Under the pieces are notes generated by a model. The model ran no database searches. It was not told the DNA's origin and worked only from the letters and a program-made list of their open reading frames with translations. A stretch of 57,829 nucleotides of DNA, from positions 1-57,829 of IMG/VR virus record IMGVR_UViG_3300001683_000002; one strand, 5' to 3'. The stretch is from a virus (lineage: Duplodnaviria > Caudoviricetes). The stretch's first letter is position 1; the number at the start of each line of letters is the position of its first letter. Shown here piece after piece: positions 20,455-32,500 of this stretch. Made by a program: the position numbers and the translations under genes.

Positions 20455-22352
20455 TGGCACAAGATATAGATACAATTATAAAGGACTCCCGTACAGCTGC
20501 TTCTAACTTCGCTAGTATTGCGAACGCAGCGCTGAATGGCGCACAGGGAGCGGCGGGTGCCATACAGACTGCTGTATCAGGAAACCTTAACTTCCAGCAA
20601 GACGCGGCAATAAACTTCCAGGGTGGTAATGCACCCACTCTTGAGGATAGGTTTACGCTTCCCTTTGATAATTCAGCGAGGCCAACCCTGAATGCCATAA
20701 ATTTACCTGAACCCCCTTCATACCCTAATCCTGTAAGTATAAACATTGACGGGTTGTTTGGTCAGTCGGTACCGGACTTTGATACGAGAGGCTTTGGCGA
20801 ATCAGCGCCTGTCCTAAATACAGACGGCCTGTTTGCCGGCTTAGAAGCTCCTGTATTAAACACGTTTGAAGCACCTGCAGTGTCTGACGTTGATGTGGGT
20901 GACGCTCCAGAATTAAACATACCAGAATTTACAAGCAATTTTGTTGATCCAAACATAGCCGCACCTACAGCATGGGACAGCGCGTACCAGACTGATTACG
21001 ACACCGTGCTACCAGAGATGCGTGGGTTCATCGAAGACAACCTTAGCAGTTGGATGGCTACGTACGCACCTGACTACCAGAGTAACTTGGCTGAGCTTCA
21101 AGCAAAGGTCTCTACTGATATGCAAAGCGGACAAGCTTTGTCTGACGAGTTTGAAACGTCACTGTACAATAGAGCAAGAGCAAGAGTAGAAGGCGAGAGA
21201 ATAAGAACTGAGCGTACAGCACTGCAAGGGATATCTAAGAGAGGCTTTAGCCTTCCGAGTGCAATACTGTCAGCCAGCCTCCAGGACTCACAGCAAGCAG
21301 CAGCAAACAACATAGCGACACAGTCAACAGAACTTGCAATAGAGCGAGCAAAAATAGAGATACAGCACGTACAATTTGTCATGCAGATAAGCCAGGGATT
21401 AACGCAAGTGTTAGTCGGAGCATCTTTATCCTACGCAGGAGTATTAGCAACGGTTAATGGTCAAGCGCTAGAACACAGTAAGCAGTTAGCTACCATACTA
21501 TCCGACATATACGGAAACCTGGTCAGCAGAGGGAACTTAAGTATTGATGTGCACAGGGCTGAAGCGCAAATATACGAGACACAATTAAAGTCATCTCTTG
21601 CTGCACTTGATGGTTTTAAGCTAGAGCTAGACGCTGCCAGACTAGAGAAAGATATTGATGGGGTTAATGTTGATATCTATAGTAAGCAAATACAGGCTGA
21701 GGGATTGAAGATCCAGCAGTACGTATCGAACATCCAGGCGACTAGTGAGAAAGCTTCTCTGGAGAAATTAAAGATTGACTTATACGGTGAACAGGTTAAT
21801 GCATATGCTGCAGAAGTTAAAACCCAAGAGTACGCGTTGAGTGCGTACGTAGCATCACTAAACGGAGATGAGTCACGGGTTAAGGGAGAGATCGCTAAAC
21901 TATCTGCTTATACCGCTGAAGTTGAAGCAGTGAATGCTAAACTTGGTGCTGACGTAGAGTACATGAAAGCTAGTGATTCACACAACCGTAGTATACAAGA
22001 TATATACTCTACTGAACTTGGTATATATAAGACTGCCGTTGATGCTGAGAGTAGTCGTTTTGCTGGATCAGTTGAAGCTAACAAAGCTGCACTATTCGCA
22101 TATACAAGTGACAACGAGGCTAACTTAAACACATATAAAATAAGCTACGATAAGTCTAGGCTAGACCTACAGGCTGCAGAGAAGAGCTTTGAAGCTGACC
22201 TCAAGGTAGAGATAGAAAATGCTAGCAACATCCTTAAGAGCGCCAATATACAGGCCGATACATCAGTGGCTGCAGGCCGGGTGTACGGAACGATGGCGGC
22301 AAGTGCTCTTAGCTCTCTAAACACAATGGCATCTAAGTCAGCGACAGAGTAA
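20454..22352 (+). CDS. Coiled-coil virion protein, probably internal/ejection
   Basis: Pro-rich N-half, S.RGFSLPS motif, long helical Y-periodic C-half. Confidence 0.55.
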   Translation: MAQDIDTIIKDSRTAASNFASIANAALNGAQGAAGAIQTAVSGNLNFQQDAAINFQGGNAPTLEDRFTLPFDNSARPTLNAINLPEPPSYPNPVSINIDGLFGQSVPDFDTRGFGESAPVLNTDGLFAGLEAPVLNTFEAPAVSDVDVGDAPELNIPEFTSNFVDPNIAAPTAWDSAYQTDYDTVLPEMRGFIEDNLSSWMATYAPDYQSNLAELQAKVSTDMQSGQALSDEFETSLYNRARARVEGERIRTERTALQGISKRGFSLPSAILSASLQDSQQAAANNIATQSTELAIERAKIEIQHVQFVMQISQGLTQVLVGASLSYAGVLATVNGQALEHSKQLATILSDIYGNLVSRGNLSIDVHRAEAQIYETQLKSSLAALDGFKLELDAARLEKDIDGVNVDIYSKQIQAEGLKIQQYVSNIQATSEKASLEKLKIDLYGEQVNAYAAEVKTQEYALSAYVASLNGDESRVKGEIAKLSAYTAEVEAVNAKLGADVEYMKASDSHNRSIQDIYSTELGIYKTAVDAESSRFAGSVEANKAALFAYTSDNEANLNTYKISYDKSRLDLQAAEKSFEADLKVEIENASNILKSANIQADTSVAAGRVYGTMAASALSSLNTMASKSATE

Positions 22353-22359
22353 TAAGCCC

Positions 22360-22388
22360 TTGTAATTACAGTAAAAATAATGTAGAAT
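22360..22388 (+). promoter_or_regulatory. Putative sigma70 promoter for the two last virion genes
   Basis: TTGTAA-17 bp-TAGAAT. Confidence 0.5.
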
Positions 22389-22429
22389 AAGCCTAAGAAT
22401 AGGCATCAAATTTTTCCGGAGATATAAAA

Positions 22430-23590
22430 ATGAACGACCCTAAGAATAACTTTGAAAATGCTCCGCAGCTTAATGCGATGGTCATGAAGGATAACCCTGC
22501 AGGTGTAAACAGGGCTGTTGCAAAGCATAACGCCGGTATTAAGCCAGTTGGTGCAGCTGCAGCACAGAACACCCCCGTAGCAACGCCTAACCAGGCCACA
22601 CAGAATTCATATGACGTCACTAACGATCAAGGTGCAAACCCTTTCGAGGCTGTCAGTCAATTAGGAAGCCCCGACTCTCAGGCTAGATGGGATTCAATAA
22701 TACAACAGAACCAGGCTAATATCCTTGAGCATGATAGGATATCAGGTAGAAAGTCTACTGAGCCAGTGGTCACGCTAGCTGCTAATCTACCTCCACAGGG
22801 CGTACAGACAATGGATCAGCTAGGGTACTCCCGTAACGTACGAGACCCAGGAACTGGACTACTAGGAAAAACTCGCTTCGATGAAGATCATCAGTTCGGA
22901 GTTCAGTTCGGTGATAACAGTATTGGTGGGCTGACTCAAGAGAAAGCAGCGGAGATAGCAAAGCTGACAGGCTCTAAGTCATTCAATAATACATCACCTG
23001 AGATTTTAGAGCAGAGAGCCACCCAGGTAAAGGAAAGACAATTAGCCCAGGCAAATTTTGCATTACTGAATAGTAGTGATGAAGCTGAAGTTGCTCGCGC
23101 TCGACAGTTTATTGCAGCGTCTCAAGGACAGCAGAAAATAGACGCAAACATTTTTAATGCTGAGAACGTCAATACCAACGCCCAGAGCTTAACTACGGAA
23201 ACCGGCAGACAGTTCGACGCGACCAACAAACTGGCTAAGGAAAAACAACAACCAGCTATAGATAAAGCTGCAGTAGATGCTGAGCTAGTACAGTTAAGAC
23301 AAGCTCTTCTTGACCAAGCAGTTGGCGGTGATAAGAAGGCGCAAAAGGAATTCCAGACTAGATATGGAGTACCTACACCAACAGAACTACAAGAGCTGAC
23401 TGACGGTTCCGGTAGAGTCTTCCCGGTAAGTGGAGACGGTGCACAGGAATATTTACAGAGTCAACAGAAACAACAGAATAGACAGAACAATGCTAGGTCT
23501 ATCCTTAACAACCCTAACTCGACGCCACAGCAGCAACAGTTAGCACAGAATTACCTAGCACAGTTTGCTCAACAATTACCACAACTTTAA
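22430..23590 (+). CDS. Q/N/A-rich putative internal virion (ejection) protein
   Basis: GGAG RBS; low-complexity helical sequence; directly upstream of the giant protein. Confidence 0.5.
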   Translation: MNDPKNNFENAPQLNAMVMKDNPAGVNRAVAKHNAGIKPVGAAAAQNTPVATPNQATQNSYDVTNDQGANPFEAVSQLGSPDSQARWDSIIQQNQANILEHDRISGRKSTEPVVTLAANLPPQGVQTMDQLGYSRNVRDPGTGLLGKTRFDEDHQFGVQFGDNSIGGLTQEKAAEIAKLTGSKSFNNTSPEILEQRATQVKERQLAQANFALLNSSDEAEVARARQFIAASQGQQKIDANIFNAENVNTNAQSLTTETGRQFDATNKLAKEKQQPAIDKAAVDAELVQLRQALLDQAVGGDKKAQKEFQTRYGVPTPTELQELTDGSGRVFPVSGDGAQEYLQSQQKQQNRQNNARSILNNPNSTPQQQQLAQNYLAQFAQQLPQL

Positions 23591-23599
23591 GAGATTAAG

Positions 23600-26500
23600 A
23601 TGCCTGAAAATAAGAACCTAAAGAAAACAAGTACAGACGCTGCTGCAATGGGACTCGATCCTTACGCAGCTCTGGATAATGATCCATTAGCGGTCTTAGA
23701 AAACGATCCATATGCAGCGCTAGACGGTGACTTTGGTGTAGAGCCAGCACCATTAGCTTTAGCTCAACCCGAAAGAACGATAGGCGGAACCCTTGGGGAT
23801 ATAGGAGTAACCGGACTAAAGTCAGCTGTAGGATTGGTTGAGGCTGGTATTGGTTTGGCTGACATTCCAACCCTGGGTTATGCTGGAAAAGCCGCAGAGG
23901 CACTAGGTATTAGAACCAAGGATACCCAGGATATATTAGAGAACTTGTATAGTCCTGCTCAGAAGTATGCAGACAAGCAAGTATCTGACGCTAAGGGTTT
24001 TGTGGACACAGTCGGGGCGGGTCTCAGCAATCCATCAACTATACTAAAAGCAGCAGGAGAGTCCGCAGCCTTAATGGGTGGCGGTGGTGTTATTGCGCGT
24101 GGAGTACTTGCGGCAAAAGGTATAACATTGGCTAACGCAACTGCAGGACAACTAGGTCTTGCATCAGCTATAGGTGAGGGTGCTGTCGGAGCAGGTTCAG
24201 CAGCAGAAGGATCAAGACAAGGAACTACAGATGGCTTATTAACTCCTAAGCAGTCAGCTCTAGCGATTGCGACCGGTATAACTACTGGTGCGTTCAACAG
24301 GGTTGGTAGTAAGCTTGCAAACAAATTTGGCTTTGACGATATAGATCAAGTCATAGCTCGTGGTGCCCGAAGCGGAGAAACAACATCAAAGACCATTGGT
24401 CGTAGAATGGCTGAAGGTGGTATATCGGAAGGCTTGTTCGAGGAACTACCACAAAGTGTTGCAGAAACAATCCTTAGCAACGCAGCTATGGATCTTCCAC
24501 TTATGCAAGGTGTCCCGGAAGGTGCTGCTATGGGTCTATTGACCGGTGGTGCAATGGGTATGGCAATCAACGCTAGGCCTACTAGAAAGCCCAACGCTCC
24601 AATAGGCAACGCACTGGATCAAGCGCAACTAGCTCTACCGGCTCCAGGACAGGTTCCTATATTAGCAGGTTATGATAATCAAGATGAAGCACAAGCAGAA
24701 CGAACAGAGGCAGATGGACAAAGACTAGCCCAGCGCTTCTTTAACAAAGCCAATCCCGGAAAGGATGAAGAGATAGATACTACTGACTTTAAAGCGCAAG
24801 CGATAGCAAGTGGTCAATCACAATCAGCGGTCGATAGTTTTCTAGAAGGTCTTGATACACCTATCGAGCCTAACACTACAGGACTACAGGACGGCATTAA
24901 TCCACAGGACGTAATCAGTCAGCAAGAAGAAGGTAAGCTGAAGCAAGCCCAGATGGATTCGGACTTTGAAGGAAGAGAGCAAGATCCTACACAACCTGCT
25001 AAGGACTTTGTTACGTTTGCAAACGAGAAAGGATTATCACGTAAAGAGCGTAAGGCACTACGTAAGTTCATGGCAGACCAACAGATGTCGAGAAGAGCTA
25101 AAGATAACTTCATAGCTAAACTACAGGAAGGAACAGACCAGAACACCCAGGACAATACCCAGGAAGAGAGTATTGTGGACATAGCCCTAAAGGAAGCGAG
25201 CAAGCTCAAACAGAGCGGAGAAGTGGCTAACACTCAACTATCATCAGCACTAACAAAGGCAATCAATGAACCAATCATCAGCGGAAACACTAACAACGAT
25301 ATCAATACTAACGGGTCTAGTGGAAGCACAGAGTCAAGCGTTAACACGGATGGAGTCGGAAATAATCTCGTTACGGGTAGAACTAACGAATCAGAAGTAC
25401 TTGATGGAGCTAGCAATACCGAAGCAGGAGTTGAAGCAACTCATGCCGCCGTACCAAAATTAATTAATCAAACCAGAGAAAACATTAATGAGCAGAAAGA
25501 AACGGAAAGCAAAAAAACGGCAGTTAAAGCGGAATCAGGAGAACAAATAAATGAAATTTACAATAGCTCCATTACACCCACCAATCAGATCAAAGCTACA
25601 GAAGCTGAGATCGAATCAGGGGTCATCGGTCAAAGTCAAGATAGCTCTAAGCCTTTGGAACAAACGGTGGCGAGTCCTGCTGTCAAAAAAGAAGCGATTC
25701 TAACGCAGAAGAAAAACAGATACATTAACAATCAAATTAAAGCTGCTGGTTTAAATAAAAATTCACCTGGGTACGATAATGCTGTCAATACTTTACAAAA
25801 GCAGTATAATAAAGATCTCGAAAAAGCAGAGTTTTCTTTGCCGTTCGAGGAATTTAAAAAGCTACCTGGTAATCGCAAGCAGAGTGATGGGGTTGTACGT
25901 GAGGTCTATGATACTGTTCGTGCGGAACTGGGGATACAAACTAATAAAACACAGGATAATAATGAGCATAGCCCAGAAACCAAAAAAAGTACCACCAACA
26001 CAGCCGCCGTGGGAAACGGAGAACCAACGGCAACTAGAGTACCTGATGGAGCATCAACCACCAATAAAGAAGAAAAAGTAAGTGCGCCTGTAGAAGAAAC
26101 AACGGAAGTTTTAGCTAACACAACAAAGGGCACTAGTACTAGGCTTGATCGCAAGACAAAAAAGGTCTCACCCAAGAAGCGCAATTACTCAGACAGTCGA
26201 GTTGCGAGAGAAAATGATGGAGACACACAATCCTTCAGCAAGGAAGATCCAAGTGCTGATCAGCGAGATGATGTACAAGCAGTATTTACTCCTTCAAAAA
26301 AGTTAACTATGAGCGCAAAGCTAGGCGGTATGACTGCCAGTCCAATGACTGAGCTTAAGCCTACGAATAAATCAGTGCGTAAGTTTCTTGCAGGAATGAA
26401 GAAAGCAAAGGCAGGAAAATTCGGAGCAGCAGTTTTTGTTTATGAGGCTTCAGAATATAAGAAGATGAGAATGTTCTTATCTAGTGATGGTCAGAGTGGG

Positions 26501-29500
26501 TTCGCAGTTAAGCCTGATGGTGATATAGTTAGTGTATTTAATCATGCTGGTGGTGGTAGAGTTAACCCAATGATGGAACTAGCAGTACAGGAAGGCGGAA
26601 CAAAACTTGATGCGTTCGATACAGCACTAGTTGACATGTACGAACTAAGTGGATTCAAGCCAACAAAAATGGATCCTTGGGACGAAGCTTACAAGCCAGC
26701 TGGCTGGAGTAAAGAAACATTTAAAGATTTTAATAACGGAGAACCTGGTGTAGTATACATGGTTCACGAGAAAGACTATAGTCCATCTAATATTTTAGCC
26801 AGTAAAAAGACAAAGGAAACAAGCAATGACAGTACCACAGGAAAAGAACAACAGAGTAGAGACGGAAGCGGACGGAGTTCTAGCCGGGACACTTCGCGTC
26901 TTGAAGGCGCACCAGAGATTAAGGGAGCGTCAGGACAAGATAAAGCAATCGTCGAAGTCGCACAGCAATACGCAAAAGACAACGGAATAGATCTAAAGAG
27001 ACAGTCAGACTATGTCGAGGTGGATTTTGAACTCGCAAAGAGGATAGCCCAGGCATACGAAGATATGGAGCACAAGCCGTCTGATCCTGTTGTTGCTGAA
27101 GCGTACCAGAACCTAATCAAGCAAACTAGAGCCCAGTATGATGCACTAGTTAAAGCTGGATATGAGTTCTACTTTGTTAATGCAGCGGACGCTATCGACT
27201 TCCTGTCTAGTCCTTTTAATGCTATGCGTGAACTACGTCAAGCTAAAAAGCTAGGCGTGTTTCCAACTGTAGATGGATTTGGCGAAGAGAATTCAAAGCT
27301 TGATGTGTCCGACAACCCATTGCTAGCTGACACTGGTATAGTATGGAATGACATCCAGGGCAACAAAAAGAAAGTATTAGCAAATGATCTATTCCGTGCA
27401 GTACATGATGTCTTCGGGCATGGCACAGAGGGGTCAGGATTCCGTGCGCGTGGAGAAGAGAACGCATGGCAGGCACACAGACGCTTATTCACTGGATCCG
27501 CTGTAGCGGCTATCACCTCTGAGACACGAGGACAGAATAGCTGGTTAAATTACGGCATTCACGGAGAAACTAATCAGACTGCTCAGATAGAGGATACAAT
27601 CTTTGCAGATCAGAAGACAGGGTTAATGCCTGAGTTCACATGGACAGAAGGTGTTGCGGGTGACGAAGGTGTGCTTCAGTCTAACAGCGATACAAAGACT
27701 GGATCTACAGTAGAACAAATAGAAGCGCTCATACCTAGACGTACCAAAAAGCTGCTTGATAGCGGTAGGCTAGAGGTCGTGCAGTCTGTAACCGATATTA
27801 GCGATAACTCATATTCATTTACTAGCAATGATGGTCTTGAGGGATTTTATGATCCTAAGACTGATAAGCTATATTTAGTAGCTGACATGCTAGACAAGGA
27901 GAACTTCTCTAGTGTATTGAACCACGAGCTATTCCATAGAGCAAGACGCACAGATAAGAAGCTAAAGAGAAACCTGGCTGAGATAGATAGAAGACTTCAA
28001 GCTAGATTCAACTTAGCAGCGGAAGGCAAAGGTACTGCAGCAGAGCAGGCAGCCTACAAGCGAGTGATGGATGCCAATACTCCAGCTAAAAACCAGCTAG
28101 AGGAATTCCAGGCGTACATGATCACTGACTATAATCAATCACCTAGATCTTTAAGTGCCTCAATGAGACGTTTAATGAAAGATCTGATATCACTGATAAG
28201 GGCATCATTGATTCGTCAAGGAGTGCCTCTAAAGAACATAACAGCTTCCGACTTAAATGCCTTGGCTCAGTACGGCTCAGACAAGCAAACAACCAGCGTT
28301 GCATCAGCAGGTGATACCCTGGTTGGATTAGCCAGCAGAAAAGGATACAAGGGCAATAGCACTAAAGGGGCTAAAGCTTTCCTTACTGGTGATATATACG
28401 GGCGTAAAGCTAGTAATAGTAAGACAGAAGTTTTAGCTAGTACAGCACAGGAAGTGAAGAACGAGAGAGCTAAACGTCTAGAAGAAATAATATTCAGAAA
28501 GACAGGGAAAGATACAGATGATGACATTGACTCAACTCCTCGTCCGGACGATCTTCTAGCTAGTACAGCTGAAATTGCTGCTGAAGCACTTCCTTCTAGT
28601 GGCCTTCACGGAGGCAGGATTATAAAGCAGTGGTCTAAGGATCTCCAGAAGGAGTACCATGACGCAGTGTTTGATGTAATCACCAAGGGTGGAGTGAATG
28701 CAGTATTAAAGCTAGCAGGACTTACTCAAACAAGCACAGTAACAGCACCAAGCTCATACCAGGGTCACGTTGGATCGGTTGAGCAAATCAGTGTTGACGT
28801 TGAAACAACTGTTGACTCCAATGGTATGGAGACCCCAACGCAAGAGTCTAAAGATAAGCTAGAACTAGCGTCAGCAATGCTGGGATACGTCCTTGACCAA
28901 GATGCGGTCGTTGACAGATATCTAGAGCCAGTATCTGCGGGGAGCGACAATATTAACGCTATCAGCTTAAACTATGATAGAGTGCTAACAGGTAATGAAG
29001 TCAAGAACATGATGTCTCATATTGATGTACTGTCTAAAGAGATGGGCTTTGATCCGGAGATGATTGCTATCCCTACCAGTAAGACAGGAGTGGATGTTCT
29101 TAATCTTTCGCCTGATACTATTAGCACTGACATGCTAATTGATATTTCAAGGAGTCTTGCGGCGCAAGTAAACGGAGACTCAAAAACTATATACGCGCAT
29201 AACGCGCTAACGGAGAACGGATATGTCGGGTCAGATAATTTCAGAGAAGGGCAGAGAGCGTATAGCAAGGTCAGAGCGCGGTGGCAGAACCAAAGTAGTG
29301 ACGGAGATAACTCCAGAGCTTCAGGACAGCATGAACCAAAGTGGGACGATAGTACTATTGAGTCGCTCAGAGGAGAAACTAGAAAAGTAACGGAAGAGTT
29401 TCTAGGTAAGCACCACCCGCAAAATAAGAAAACAACTCGTCAGTTTGCTGAACTGATTGACGCCAGGGTAAAGAGCGAGAACGGTACACTTGACGTAAAG

Positions 29501-32500
29501 GATTACTCAGAGAAGGCAATCCAGACAGTTACCAGTAAGCTATTGAGCGAGACTCAAGCTATATTAGAAGGTGGTGATAAAGACGCCATTGGCTGGTATA
29601 CATCAAAGTACAATGATGCTATTAATTTATTGTCAAGACGATTCCCTGAATTTAAGAAGAACGGCGACGCAAGAAACCTGTTCACGGCTATAGTTGCCAT
29701 CACTTCGGACGGAACCTCTGTAAAGGACAATCTGAAATACGCAGTAAAAATATACAAAGAGTACAAGAAGACGGGCAAGCTAGATTCAGTGGGCTTGGGT
29801 GGCGAGAGAGCGGCAAGCTACAAGGCTAACCTCAAACTATTAAGCGGCATAATTGATGAGCATGGTGTTGATGGAATGGTTAACTACCTGACAGAAACCA
29901 TGACCGCTGGTGAGCTTGAAAAAGAATCAGCGTCTATTCTGGGTAAGCCGAAGACGGTTGGCTATCCAAATGAAACAATTGTGCCACGGTCTATGTTATT
30001 CGGAGATAAGCTAGGTGCATTCTTCGCTAACCTTATGGGTCATCCTGATTATCTAACTATGGATAGATGGTGGTCTAGAACCTTCAATCGTCTACGTGGA
30101 CAAATGAGAGCTAACCCAGCTACAGACTCCTCTTGGAAGAGGCTTGCCGAAGCAATAAGGAAAGAGCATCCAGAAGAGAAGCTTGCAAAGTCCCCAAGAA
30201 AAGCCACGCTTCAGAAGCTGGCTACAAAGTACCAGAAGACTTACAAGGCTAGTGGTTTTAAGGATAAGACCGCAACAAATAAAATAGCTAATACTATCAT
30301 GAAAGCTGAGACAGGTCTTAGGGATATACCAGACGGCAAGAGAGGAAGAGCCTTTATGCTTGAGGTTTCGCAGAGAGTCACTGAGGAGTTGAAAAAAGAA
30401 TACCCAGATATGACTGTCGCGGACATGCAAGCGGTGGTGTGGTTTGGGGAAAAGCGACTGTTCAATGAGAACGGCGTCATCTCAACTAAAGCATCTGCTG
30501 AGTCAGACTATAGCGATGCGGCAGCTAACCTTGTCGAGGATGATGCGCCTGTTGATAGAAAGAATATGTCTCACTCTGATGTGCTTAAGCGCGTACCGCA
30601 GCTAACAGAGGCGGCTAAACAGCTGGAGCAGGGTACGATTACCAAGAAAGAATATGCGGAGGTTGTGAAGAAGTATAAGCCTATATTCAAGATTGATGAG
30701 CTACCTGACTCAGCAACCAATGAGCAGATGACTCAAGCCTTAACAAAGGACAAAGTTGAACGTATAGGTATGCCAGTTAAGACCGGCGAGAGAGTTGGAT
30801 TACGATTAGATATACCCGCTTATAAAGAGTCAGGCGTGTGGATTCCAGCTACTCATGTGGCGGGTAGCGGTAATTCATTTAATCCTACAGCTAGAATAAC
30901 TGATGTAAAATTCCTAGATACCAAGAAGGCTGCACTTAACGTAGCAACTGGTGCAAAAAGTAAATCGCCATTTGCTACAATTAAAGGCTCTTATGTTCAA
31001 GGCACTACGGAAGAGAATAGAGCTTTAGCTAAAGAGGCGATGAATAGTCCTGAGTGGATCCAGGTGGGCTTTGACCCTGAGCGTCACAGTTACTTCTACG
31101 ATAGAACTCCTGATGCTAATGGTCATCATAATCCTGTAGCGGCTGCAGATGAAGCGATACAGATCGGGCAGTTAGTGTTAGCCAAGAACCCAGTTTACGC
31201 TAACGAAGATGAAGTATTATTTAGCCGAAAAGCAGTAACCAAAGAAGCTCATGCAGTAGCACAGAATAACGCAACTCTACCTAAGAGCCAGGGAGGCTTA
31301 GGCTTGCCTGCGAATAACACAGCTAAAGACAGAGCTAGGGCTATGGGGTTTGATGTTGATACAGTTTGGTACAGAGGGGTTACGGGTGATTTAGCTGAAG
31401 CTAACGGCTCGTTGCAGGGGCGCGATACTTATAATGGACAGAGGGGTGGACTACAATTCTTCTCCGAAAACCCGGACATGGCAAGTACATTTGCCAACAC
31501 TGATGCAGGGCGCGTTTACCCTGTATATTTGAAACTCAGCGATGTAAAGCAGTTTCCAGTGGGGAAGGAAGGGCGCTTTAGTAAGACAGGTTTTGATGAT
31601 GCCGCGTTAAAGCTAGACGAAGGTCAGGCATTAATGGCGCGTAAAGTTATTGATAGCGGCGCTTATGTTGACAAGACCCTTGACCCTAACAGCCTATGGA
31701 GTTACAACGCTGATCAAGTCGCTATAAGAGGAGATAAAAACATACGCTCAATACACGCAGCTTTCGATCCTATGCTTGCGGATGAGCCTACTCTTCTTTA
31801 TTCTATAAAATCCACAGCACAGAAGAACGCGGCTCTACCTAAGAGCAAGGGAGGCTTAGGCTTGCCTGAGGGTAACACAGCTAAAGACAGAGCTAGGGCT
31901 ATGGGGTTTGATGTTGATACCACTTATTATCGCGGGACGACGGAGGCATGGTCAGAAGATGGTGATCTGACTGGCGTTTACTACACCTCTGATCCTGAAT
32001 ATGCGTCAAGCTATTCGGACGGAGAGGAAGGCCAGATGGTCATTCCCGTTTTCCTAAACACAGAACATTTCAAAATTGAGACTGATATAAATGATGTTAC
32101 TGACTGGAACTTCAACCAAGATGAGCTGGCAGCTCAGGGCTATACCGGAGTAATGCACGAAACGGATGACGTAGCTTTCATATTTTCAGATAAATACAGA
32201 CGGAACACGCCGAAAGCCAGCTCAAACATTCGCTCAATACACGCAGCTTTCGATCCTATGCTTGCTGATGATAGTAACCTTCTAGCTAGCACAATAGAGA
32301 AACGTAAGCCAGTAAAGAGAAAGCCAGTATCAAAAAGAAAGAAAGCCCCTAGCAAGATTAAAGGGACTAATGCTACATGGCGCGATAGACCAGGCTTTGA
32401 AGGTGTTACTGAGGCAGGCTTTGCAGCACTAGGAAAGATAGGCGCTCCATTGACTGGGAATTTTGTAGAAAAAACTAAAGCAGCGGTTAAGGACGCATCA

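Noticed and set aside
23657-23730. DPYAALDN/DPLAVLEN/DPYAALDG triple repeat as a separate element
   Set aside because: Short N-terminal peptide repeat of a kind common in phage ejection proteins; nothing further to support
31259-32290. Diversity-generating retroelement TR/VR pair
   Set aside because: No reverse transcriptase motif seen in the genome; both copies are in-frame parts of one gene and the mismatches are not confined to adenines
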